Below are positions 8,209 to 18,652 of a stretch of DNA of 64,000 nt, in pieces (the first letter of the stretch is position 1; each line of letters opens with the position of its first letter). The notes under the pieces were generated by a model. It saw only the letters and a program-made list of their open reading frames with translations. It did no database searches and was not told the origin of the DNA. The position numbers and the translations under genes were made by a program. The DNA is from an uncultured Candidatus Entotheonella sp. (lineage in GTDB: Bacteria > Tectomicrobia > Entotheonellia > Entotheonellales > Entotheonellaceae). The stretch covers positions 416,001 through 480,000 of the forward strand of contig CBDCDA010000002.1 of the NCBI GenBank assembly GCA_965215335.1, read 5' to 3'.

Positions 8209-10728
8209 ATGAGTACGACAACCTTACTGTCGCCCGTCAAGTCACTGACCACCACGTATGACCGTGAGCGCTTCGACGACGTCGGTTTCATGACCTGCAT
8301 GACCCTGGTGATGATGGGCAACTACGCCCAGACGGGACATTTTGGCGGGCCGCTGGCCTATACGCCGTACAACGTCGCGCTGCACCTTGCCGGGCCGGAC
8401 CTGGGCGGCCTGCGGTACGATTACCGCCGCCCCAAGCACCCGTTCTGCGACAAGTTCATGCTCGCCGGCGGGCACAATGTCCCCACCTCCTACGCGCTCT
8501 GGATGATCATGGGCGAGGCGCTCGGTCGCAAGCACGCCGCCACCGGTGACGCCCGCTACCGCGTGGATCCGAACGACGCCATCCTGCCCATCGACGCCCT
8601 CGGCTTTCGGCGCGGCGCCGGCGCCTTGGCAACCCTCCTGCAGGACAACGGCCTCGACGACCACCTACTTTTCCAGCAGGCCAGACTGCGCGGCATTCGT
8701 GCCCTTGCCGGACACTCCGAAACCACCGACGTGACCAATGACGTGAACGGCGGCCCGTCCGGCATCGGCATCGCCACCGCGGCGGGCAAGGCGGCTTTCT
8801 GGAATTTCATCGGCGCGCCGGACAGCCTGAAAATCCTCGGCCTCGAGGGCGAGTTCGCCATGACCGAGGGGCACGCCCAGGAGCTCAAGACCCAGGCGGT
8901 GGCCATGCAGGTGGGCAAGCGCCTGCGCGTCCTGTTGTCGCTGAACAACGCCGGTATCGACGACACCCTGATCGGCGGCGTCATCGACGCGAAATTCGAC
9001 CGCTATCAGATCGCGGACCAGTGGACGTCTTATGGCTGGAACGTTTTCGCGCTCGACGACGGCAACGACTACGACCAGATTGTCGCCGCCCTGAAGACCA
9101 TGGAGGACTGGGACGCCAGCGACCGCCGTCCGATGATCGTGCTCGGCAGGACGGTCAAGGGCTACTGGCCGGCGGCGGTGCAGGGCAGAATTCCCGGCTA
9201 CGGCGACCAGTTGGTCAGCTACGCCAGCCACCCCTACGGCCTCAAGATGAATGGCGACTACTTCGTCGCTCTCGCCGAAACCTTCGAGAAATACTACGGC
9301 GTCGAGTTCCAGGGCATCCGGGACGGCGCGGTGAGCGACACGCGGGAGCGGCTGATCCAGTTCAAGGCCAATATCGACGTGGTGATGTCGGTGTTGGACC
9401 GCGACGGTCTGGGCGATTGGCTGGCCGACCGCCTGGTGGAAATCGGCGGCACGGTGCGCGACGATACCCCGACGCGCATCGACACGACACGCGACCCCTT
9501 CCTCGACGACCGCCTGCAGGTCCGCAACCTGCCGGTCGAGCCGCAGGCCGTTACGGTGCACAACCCGCTGTCCAAGGCCGGGAAGGAAGTGGGTATCCGG
9601 CTGTTCCGCGAGCCAGGCGAGGTGGCTGGCACGCGGCGGGCGATTTCGGAAATCATCAAGTGGGTCAACTACGTGACCGACAACCGCTTCATCACCCTGG
9701 CCGCCGACTTGTCCGAGTCGATCAACGTCGAGCACGGCAGCCTGTGGGGCCATTACCACGCTGACGACAACCCCTTGGGTACGCGTTTCAAGGCGCCGAT
9801 CCAGGAGGCCGGTAACGCCTCGTCGGCGGTCGGGCTGGTAAGCCAGAGCGCCAGCCTCGACCCGCATCAGTTCGTCGGCCTGTGGGCGCTGAGCGGCACG
9901 TACGGCGCCTTCACGCCGCTCATGTACCTGCCCGCTCGCGTGTGGAGCCAGCAGAGCCAGGACAGCCGCTTTCGCATGGGCGTGCTGCACATTCTGGCCG
10001 GCCACTCCGGGCCGGAGACGGCGGCCGACGCGCGCACCCACTTCGGCATCTTCGCGCCGCAGGTGTGGAAGCTGTTCCCGCGCGGCCAGGCCGTCCACCT
10101 CAGCTTCTGGGATTACAACGACGTGGCGCCGGGTTACTTCGCCGCGGCGGAAGTCGCGGCCCGCGACCCGAAGGTCGGCGTCATCGTCCTCGAAGTGGCG
10201 CGCCCCGATTTCCCGGTCGCCGACCGCAGCCAGTTCGCCGACACCGACCTCAAGGCGGCGGCCAAGGGCCTGTACGTCATCCGCGATTTCGCGCCGGGTC
10301 AGCCGCGGCACGGCTACGTGGTGGCGCAGGGATCCAACTCCACCGTCAATCTCGTCCGGGTCATCCCGCGCCTGGAAGCGGCAGGCGTCAACGTCAAGAT
10401 CATCGCGGCGGTGAGCGAGGACCTGTTCGACCGCCAGCCGGAGGCTTACCGCCACTCGGTGTTGCCGCCCGAGGCGCGCTACGACCTCATGATGGTGAGC
10501 ACCGGAACCCGGCGCGTGTGGGCCATCCGCGACGTCGGCCCGGTGACCGACGCATATTCGCTGACTTCCGATTGGGACAACCAGTGGCTGACCGGCGGCA
10601 CCGAGGCCGACGTTATCGCCGAGGCGCACCTGGATCCGGCGTCCATTTTCGCCGGCATCCGGCGTTTTGCCGCCGAGCGCGAGCAACGTCTGGGCAGCCA
10701 GCGCGAGTTGTTGGCGGCGCTCGGTTGA
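8209..10728 (+). CDS. Transketolase-like thiamine diphosphate enzyme (atypical)
   Basis: GHFGGP, DKFMLAGGH, variant ThDP motif EGE...NN, ADLSES, GTYGAF, HSGPETAADARTH and a transketolase-like C-terminal domain. RBS GGAGGGG upstream. Confidence 0.8.
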   Translation: MSTTTLLSPVKSLTTTYDRERFDDVGFMTCMTLVMMGNYAQTGHFGGPLAYTPYNVALHLAGPDLGGLRYDYRRPKHPFCDKFMLAGGHNVPTSYALWMIMGEALGRKHAATGDARYRVDPNDAILPIDALGFRRGAGALATLLQDNGLDDHLLFQQARLRGIRALAGHSETTDVTNDVNGGPSGIGIATAAGKAAFWNFIGAPDSLKILGLEGEFAMTEGHAQELKTQAVAMQVGKRLRVLLSLNNAGIDDTLIGGVIDAKFDRYQIADQWTSYGWNVFALDDGNDYDQIVAALKTMEDWDASDRRPMIVLGRTVKGYWPAAVQGRIPGYGDQLVSYASHPYGLKMNGDYFVALAETFEKYYGVEFQGIRDGAVSDTRERLIQFKANIDVVMSVLDRDGLGDWLADRLVEIGGTVRDDTPTRIDTTRDPFLDDRLQVRNLPVEPQAVTVHNPLSKAGKEVGIRLFREPGEVAGTRRAISEIIKWVNYVTDNRFITLAADLSESINVEHGSLWGHYHADDNPLGTRFKAPIQEAGNASSAVGLVSQSASLDPHQFVGLWALSGTYGAFTPLMYLPARVWSQQSQDSRFRMGVLHILAGHSGPETAADARTHFGIFAPQVWKLFPRGQAVHLSFWDYNDVAPGYFAAAEVAARDPKVGVIVLEVARPDFPVADRSQFADTDLKAAAKGLYVIRDFAPGQPRHGYVVAQGSNSTVNLVRVIPRLEAAGVNVKIIAAVSEDLFDRQPEAYRHSVLPPEARYDLMMVSTGTRRVWAIRDVGPVTDAYSLTSDWDNQWLTGGTEADVIAEAHLDPASIFAGIRRFAAEREQRLGSQRELLAALG

Positions 10729-10757
10729 GCCCGACCGCATCTCCGGTAGCACCTCAA

Positions 10758-10795
10758 TTCCCCTCCCTTGGCGGGAGCAGATCGGGGTGAGGGGG
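10758..10795. repeat. Degenerate REP-like palindromic element (CCCTCCC-n-GGGAG...GGGGTGAGGG type)
   Basis: Intergenic ttcccctcccttggcgggagcagatcggggtgaggggg. Single copy in the window; it also supplies the G-rich RBS region of uvrB. Confidence 0.4.
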
Positions 10796-10796
10796 A

Positions 10797-12812
<2,016 letters not shown>

Positions 12813-12822
12813 GAGATGCCCG

Positions 12823-14667
12823 GTGCCGGATGTCCGCGCCCAGATCGAACGCTTCCCCCGAGCGCCGGGCGTCTATCTGATGAAGAACGCCGACGGCAAG
12901 GTCGTCTACGTCGGCAAGGCCAAGAATCTGCGCGGCCGGGTGCGGCAGTACTATTCGCAGAGCGGCGACCCGCGCTTTCACATCCGCCTCGGCCTGCCCT
13001 CGGTGGTGGACATCGACTTCCTGGTCACCAGTACCGAAAAAGAAGCCCTGATCCTCGAAAACACCCTCATCAAGGAACACAAGCCGCGTTTCAACATCAA
13101 CCTGCGCGACGACAAGAACCACGTTCATCTGCGGCTCGACCCGCGACAGACGTATCCGCGCCTGATGGTGGTGCGGCGCGGCGGCACGGACAAGGCGTTG
13201 TACTTTGGACCGTATGCCTCCAGCCAGGCGGTGCGCGAGACGTTGCGCGGCCTGTACCGCGTGTTTCCCATCCGCTCGTGCACGGACGCGGTGTTCAACA
13301 GCCGTACCCGTCCGTGCCTGTACCACGAAATCGGCCAGTGCGTGGCGCCATGCGTGCCGGGCTTCACCACGGCAGAGGCGTACCGCGATTTGGTGCGGCA
13401 GGTGGTGCTGCACTTGCAGGGCAAGAGCGACGAGTTGATCAGGACACTGAAGGCCGAGATCGGCAGGGCGTCGGAGGCCCTGCGTTTTGAAGAAGCGGGG
13501 CGGCTGCACCGGCGCCTGCAGGCGGTGGAAGAGACGATGGGCAAGCAGCGCATGAACCTGTTGAAGCAGCGCGACCAGGACATTTTCGGCTACCACCGCG
13601 CCGGCGATACGGTGCAGGTCCAGACGCTCAACGTGCGCAGTGGTCAGCTCGTCGGCGGCCGCGCCTATACGTTCACGCGGCAGCTCGTACCGGAGGTCGA
13701 GGTGCTGAGCTCGTTCATCAATCAGTACTACACCACCAACCCGCACATCCCGCGCGAAGTGCTGCTGCCGTGTGATCTGGAGGACGCCGACTCACTGGCC
13801 GAACTGCTCAGCGAACAGAAGGGCCGCCAGGTGTTCGTGCGCGTGCCGCGCAAGGGGGACAAGCAGCATCTGGTGCGGTTGGCCATGACGAACGCCCGGC
13901 TGTCGTATGAGAAGGAGCAGGATGCCGAGGAGCAGCAACGGAGGGCTCTGGAAGACCTGCAAAGGCGGCTGCGCCTGCGGGCGATGCCGCGTCGCATCGA
14001 GTGTTTCGACATTTCCAACATCAGCGGCACGCAGTCGGTAGGGTCGATGGTGTGCTTCCAGGACGGGCAGCCGGACAAGCAGCGGTACCGGCGCTATCGT
14101 ATTCGCACTCTGGAAGGGCCGAACGACTTCGGCATGATGCTGGAGGTGCTGCGGCGGCGCTACCGGCGGGGGCTGGCGGAGGACGACCTGCCGGACCTGC
14201 TCATGGTGGACGGTGGCAAGGGGCAGTTGAGCATGGCGGTGCGCATTCTGGAGGAGCTGGGGCTGAGCGAGCTGGAGGTGGTCGGCATTGCCAAGAGCCG
14301 TCTGCAGGTGGACGAGGCGAGCGGCGAGCGGCGGCACAGCGATGAGAAGTTTTACCGTCCGGGCCGCAAGAACGCGGTCATCTTTCCGAACCACGCGCCG
14401 GCTCTGTTCTTGTTGCAGCGCGTGCGCGACGAGGCTCACCGCTTTGCCGTGACGTATCACAAGAAACTGCGCAGCAAGCAGCGGCTGTACTCCAGCCTGG
14501 AGGACATTGCCGGGGTGGGTGAGAAGCGCAAGGTACAGCTCCTGCGGCACTTCGGCAGCCTGAAGCAGGTGCGCGAGGCCTCCCTGGATGACCTGCAAGC
14601 CGTGCCCGGCGTGCCGCAGCGAGTCGCTGCGGCGGTGTACGAGGCGCTGCACGGCGGAACAGAGTAG
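12823..14667 (+). CDS. uvrC: Excinuclease ABC subunit C
   Basis: GIY-YIG region PGVYLM...YVGKAKNLR, then IECFDISN, VDGGKGQL, RDEAHRFA and a C-terminal HhH. Confidence 0.97.
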   Translation: MPDVRAQIERFPRAPGVYLMKNADGKVVYVGKAKNLRGRVRQYYSQSGDPRFHIRLGLPSVVDIDFLVTSTEKEALILENTLIKEHKPRFNINLRDDKNHVHLRLDPRQTYPRLMVVRRGGTDKALYFGPYASSQAVRETLRGLYRVFPIRSCTDAVFNSRTRPCLYHEIGQCVAPCVPGFTTAEAYRDLVRQVVLHLQGKSDELIRTLKAEIGRASEALRFEEAGRLHRRLQAVEETMGKQRMNLLKQRDQDIFGYHRAGDTVQVQTLNVRSGQLVGGRAYTFTRQLVPEVEVLSSFINQYYTTNPHIPREVLLPCDLEDADSLAELLSEQKGRQVFVRVPRKGDKQHLVRLAMTNARLSYEKEQDAEEQQRRALEDLQRRLRLRAMPRRIECFDISNISGTQSVGSMVCFQDGQPDKQRYRRYRIRTLEGPNDFGMMLEVLRRRYRRGLAEDDLPDLLMVDGGKGQLSMAVRILEELGLSELEVVGIAKSRLQVDEASGERRHSDEKFYRPGRKNAVIFPNHAPALFLLQRVRDEAHRFAVTYHKKLRSKQRLYSSLEDIAGVGEKRKVQLLRHFGSLKQVREASLDDLQAVPGVPQRVAAAVYEALHGGTE

Positions 14668-14705
14668 GTCGGATTCGCGAAGCGAGACGCTTCACGAGCC
14701 GTGCG

Positions 14706-15365
14706 TCACGGTTCACGGTACGCGCGCCGGGCCCAGGCGGCGAACGTCGTGACGGCCAACCCCTGGCCGAGCGCCAGCATCCACCAGCGGTAGGTCGTGG
14801 GAATCCACTCGCTGAGCAGGGCGCCGTGGTCCGGCAGCCGCGGCAGCACGTCGAGCGTGAACGATGCGATGATGATGAGGCAGGCTGCCACCTGGGCTGC
14901 CCAGATGTGCTTCCCCGCCGCCGGCACGGCGCCGCGTTGCTCCAGATGCAGCAGCACCAGCCCCATGCCGGTCATCGTGCCGGCGACGCTGACCGGGGCC
15001 ACGACTGGCCCGACCCACGGCACCGGGATGAGGAAGAGCACGTCCCAGGTGAGCAGCGAGGCGGGCCAGCCGAGCACCGCCTTGAGCCACACGTAGTAGA
15101 AAATGTCCCAGACGCCGAACGCGATGATGAAATTGGCCAGCTTCCCCGCCCTGGTGCGCCCGGCGGCGAGGCCGTAAGCGGCCAGCATGACGAGGGTGGC
15201 GGCCTCGCGTTCGAGTTCCAGCAGCAGGGTCGGCGTGTCGATGATGACCAGCGGAAAGCCGAAGCCGTCGGGATAGTACAGGCGCCGCAGGTACACGACG
15301 ATCATGGTTTCGACGTGCGCCATGGCGATGGCGAACGCCGACACGGTGAGAACCGCTGGCCACAT
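14706..15365 (-). CDS. Conserved-looking integral membrane protein
   Basis: About 6 hydrophobic segments; motifs EREAATLVML, FGVWDIFYYVWL and DVLFLIPVPW. Confidence 0.8.
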   Translation of the reverse strand: MWPAVLTVSAFAIAMAHVETMIVVYLRRLYYPDGFGFPLVIIDTPTLLLELEREAATLVMLAAYGLAAGRTRAGKLANFIIAFGVWDIFYYVWLKAVLGWPASLLTWDVLFLIPVPWVGPVVAPVSVAGTMTGMGLVLLHLEQRGAVPAAGKHIWAAQVAACLIIIASFTLDVLPRLPDHGALLSEWIPTTYRWWMLALGQGLAVTTFAAWARRAYREP

Positions 15366-15393
15366 TGCCGGTCATCCTTCCTTGAGGACTGTG

Positions 15394-16782
15394 ATGTCGC
15401 GCCGCCGCCGACAACCGCGCCCGTCCGCCGATCTGCCGCCCGTTGAGCCAATCGAAGGCACCCTGGAGATTACCCGTCTGGCGCACGGCGGACAAGGGGT
15501 TGGACACCTCGACGGGCTTGCCGTGTTCGTGCCGCGCACCCTGCCCGGCGACGTGGTTGACGTTCGCCTCACCGAGCAGAGGAAGCGCCATGCCTTTGCG
15601 GAACTGCTCGCGCTGCGCAGGGCGTCGCCGTTGCGGGTGGCGGCGCCGTGTCCCCTGTACGACCGCTGCGGCGGCTGCCACTTGCAGCACCTCGGGTACG
15701 ACGATCAGTTGGCCAACAAGGCCCGACAGGTGCGCGACTGCCTGACGCGCATCGGCAAGCTGCCCGACGCGCCCATTTTGCCGCCGCTGGCGAGCCCGCA
15801 GCCGTTTGGGTATCGCAACAAGGCTCTCTACCACTACGACGCGGCCAGCAATGCCCTCGGGCTGATCGAACGCGGCGGTTTCGCCGTGCTCGACGTGCCG
15901 CAGTGCCGCATTGGCGACGCGCGCATCGACGCGGTGATGGCGCGGCTGCGCGGCCTGGCGGGGCAAGAGCCGGCGCTGCGGCGGGTGCTGCATCAGGTGC
16001 AGGTTCAGGTGGGGCAGCGCACCGGGGAGGTGTTGGTCACGGTCATCGTGCGGCATGAGATGCCGGTGCCCGTGCAGCGCCAGCTTTGGGAAAGCCTGCG
16101 CGATCTGGCTACTGGCTTGCTGACGCACCGCAAGGCGACAACGACGCCGGCCGTTTTCGGCGGCGCTACGACCCACGTCGCCGGTAGCGCCGTTATCCAC
16201 GAACGCATCGGCGACCTGCGGTTTCATGTCGAGCCGGGGGCTTTTTTCCAGGTCAACAGCGCGCAGACCGAACAATTATACGGATTGGTACGGGCCGCCG
16301 CCCGGCTGCGGCCCGATGACGTTGTTCTCGACCTGTACAGCGGTGGCGGCTCGATTGCGTTGACCCTGGCGCCGCATTGCGCGGTGGTGCATGCCGTCGA
16401 GAGCAGCCGTCAGGCAACGCTCCTCGCCGCTCGGCAGGCGGCTGCGCTTGGCATCGCCAACTGCGAATTTCGCACCGGAAAAGTGGAGCGCATTCTGTAC
16501 CGCTACCTGGCCCAAGGCATCCGCGCCCGCGTCGCCGTGCTCGATCCCCCGCGCGCCGGCTGCCGCCCTCGAGCCCTGGAGGCTCTCGCCAAGATGCGCG
16601 TTTCCCGGCTCGTCTACGTCTCGTGCAGTCCCCCGACCCTCGCCCGCGACCTGCGCCTGCTGGCCGACCTCGGTTACCGCACCGAGAACGTCCAGCCGCT
16701 GGACATGTTTCCGCAGACCTACCACGTCGAATGCCTGGCCGCCCTCAGCCGCGCGGCGTCACCCGATCCGCAGGAGGCTTGA
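15394..16782 (+). CDS. rlmD: 23S rRNA (uracil-5)-methyltransferase RlmD/TrmA family
   Basis: TRAM domain, CPLYDRCGGC Fe-S motif, AFFQVN, LDPPRAG, YVSC and DMFPQTYHVE. Start position approximate. Confidence 0.92.
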   Translation: MSRRRRQPRPSADLPPVEPIEGTLEITRLAHGGQGVGHLDGLAVFVPRTLPGDVVDVRLTEQRKRHAFAELLALRRASPLRVAAPCPLYDRCGGCHLQHLGYDDQLANKARQVRDCLTRIGKLPDAPILPPLASPQPFGYRNKALYHYDAASNALGLIERGGFAVLDVPQCRIGDARIDAVMARLRGLAGQEPALRRVLHQVQVQVGQRTGEVLVTVIVRHEMPVPVQRQLWESLRDLATGLLTHRKATTTPAVFGGATTHVAGSAVIHERIGDLRFHVEPGAFFQVNSAQTEQLYGLVRAAARLRPDDVVLDLYSGGGSIALTLAPHCAVVHAVESSRQATLLAARQAAALGIANCEFRTGKVERILYRYLAQGIRARVAVLDPPRAGCRPRALEALAKMRVSRLVYVSCSPPTLARDLRLLADLGYRTENVQPLDMFPQTYHVECLAALSRAASPDPQEA

Positions 16783-16862
16783 TGCTGTGCTACAATCCTG
16801 GCGCGCCGCAGCGCAGCGCTGCGGCGCCAGATCATGCCCACAACCTCATGAGGAATGCCGCC

Positions 16863-17126
16863 ATGCGCGTATCACGGGAAGCCTTCCTGGCCCCCTGGCA
16901 GGCCGCCGACTATGCCGGGCTGAAGCTCGAGGCGATCTACGAAATGCTCGAATCGGGAGAGTTGACCGGGGAGCAGGCCGACGGACGCTGGCGCGTCCGC
17001 AAGTCGGTGCTGGATGCCTGGCTGGACGCCGAGGTCGAGCCGGAGGAACTGGAGCGCTTGACCACCAGGATGAGCCGCCTGACGGAAGAGCAGGCGAAAC
17101 AGGTTCTGGAGCAGGCCCAAGGCTAG
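16863..17126 (+). CDS. Excisionase-like helix-turn-helix DNA-binding protein
   Basis: FLAPWQAADYAGL...IYEMLESGEL...GRWRVRKSVLDAWL (HTH_17/MerR-like), within ORF 16377..17126. Confidence 0.75.
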   Translation: MRVSREAFLAPWQAADYAGLKLEAIYEMLESGELTGEQADGRWRVRKSVLDAWLDAEVEPEELERLTTRMSRLTEEQAKQVLEQAQG

Positions 17127-17147
17127 CGGCCGGGAAGGAAACCATCC

Positions 17148-18011
17148 ATGTTGCTGTCCGAACGCCGCCAACGTTACCGGCGGGTATTGGCGGGGGACGC
17201 CTGCGTCTACCCGGCGTCGGTATTCGATCCCATGTCGGCCTGCATGGCCGAGTCGCTCGGCTACGAGGTGGGCATGCTGGCGGGCTCCGTCGCCTCGGCG
17301 ACGGTGCTGGGAGCGCCGGACCTTGTCGTGCTCACCCTGACTGAATTTGCCGAGCAAATCCGCCGCATCGCGCGTGCCAGTTCCCTCAGCCTGATGGTGG
17401 ATGCTGATCACGGCTACGGTAACGCCCTGAACGTCATGCGCACCGTCGAGGAGCTGGAAACGGCTGGCGTCGCGGCGCTGACCATCGAGGACACCTTGCT
17501 GCCGGCTGCGTTTGGCGGCGAGGGCGAGGGGCTGATCGGCGTTCCGGAGATGCTTGGAAAACTGCGGGCGGCGGTGGCGGCGCGCCAGGATCCCTCGCTG
17601 GTCATCATTGGCCGCACCAGTGCGCTGCGTCACGGCGGCATAGAGGAAGCCGTCCGCCGTTTGCAAGCCTGCCAGGCTACCGGCGTGGACGCCTTTTTCA
17701 TCGTCGGCGCCCGCGAACGCGCCGAAGTCGAGGCCATCCACGCTGCCACCTCACTGCCGTTGATGCTGGGCGGTAGCCCAGCGGCGCTGTGGTCCGACCT
17801 GCCGTTCCTGAACGCCCACCGCGTGCGTATCGCCCTGCAAGGCCACGCGCCGTTCTATGCCGCCGCGCAAGCCGTGTACGACGTGCTCAAGCACTTCAAG
17901 GCTGGCGGCACGCCAGCCGATCTCGAGACCCCGGTTGCCGCGGGGGACGTGCTGGCAACGGCGCTCCGGCAGGACGACTATGCCGGCTGGCAGGATTCGT
18001 ATTTGCGTTAG
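17148..18011 (+). CDS. Isocitrate lyase/PEP mutase family (oxaloacetate decarboxylase-like)
   Basis: Motifs SVFDPMSA, MVDADHGYGNALNV, TIEDTLLP and IIGRT. Confidence 0.9.
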   Translation: MLLSERRQRYRRVLAGDACVYPASVFDPMSACMAESLGYEVGMLAGSVASATVLGAPDLVVLTLTEFAEQIRRIARASSLSLMVDADHGYGNALNVMRTVEELETAGVAALTIEDTLLPAAFGGEGEGLIGVPEMLGKLRAAVAARQDPSLVIIGRTSALRHGGIEEAVRRLQACQATGVDAFFIVGARERAEVEAIHAATSLPLMLGGSPAALWSDLPFLNAHRVRIALQGHAPFYAAAQAVYDVLKHFKAGGTPADLETPVAAGDVLATALRQDDYAGWQDSYLR

Positions 18012-18049
18012 GGGCTTGCAGCAAGATGACCACCAGCTTCAATCAGATC

Positions 18050-18607
18050 AATCCTTATGGCATCTATGATATGGGAGGCAACGAAGCATGGGTCAGTGTT
18101 GGGTGTGACCACGACACGCCGGCGTTCGCGGTGGCCTCGCTGCGGCGGTGGTGGGACGAGATGGGCAAGCGTCGCTACTCCGAGGCTCGTGAGCTATTCA
18201 TCACTGCCGATGCGGGCGGTAGCAACGGGTATCGCTGTCGCGCCTGGAAGCACGGACTGCAACAGTTTGCCGACGAGACGGGTGTGCGCATCCACGTCAG
18301 CCACTTCCCGCCCGGTACCAGCAAATGGAACAAGATCGAGCATCGTCTGTTCTGCCACATCACGCAGAATTGGCGAGGCAAGCCGTTGCGGACCTTTGAG
18401 ACCATAGTCGATTTGATCGGCAATACGCGTACCAACGCAGGTCTTCGGGTCAGAGCCGAACTTGACGCAAGAACATACCCGACCGCAGTGGTGACGACGA
18501 ACGCCGAGATGGACGCCCTGTCGCTCCATCGCAACGCGTTCCACGGCGACTGGAACTATGAGTTACACCCACGATGAAGTTGGAAACCTAAATTGGATCA
18601 AATTCCT
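18050..18607 (+). mobile_element. ISAzo13-family transposase remnant (C-terminal half plus probable right end)
   Basis: PYGIYD...VGCDHDT, ITADAGGSNG, HFPPGTSKWNKIEHRLF and FHGDWNY (stop at 18577). N-terminal half absent. Confidence 0.85.
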
Positions 18608-18652
18608 AACCTGCCACCATTTAGGAACAGACTCTCATACCGAGACCATCCC

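Noticed and set aside
14664..14700. GTAG-type REP after uvrC
   Set aside because: The GTAG includes the uvrC stop codon, there is one copy, and a simple hairpin between convergent genes explains it.
18012..18049. GGGGCTTGCAGCAAG as another IS end
   Set aside because: No inverted partner or matching transposase found in the window.
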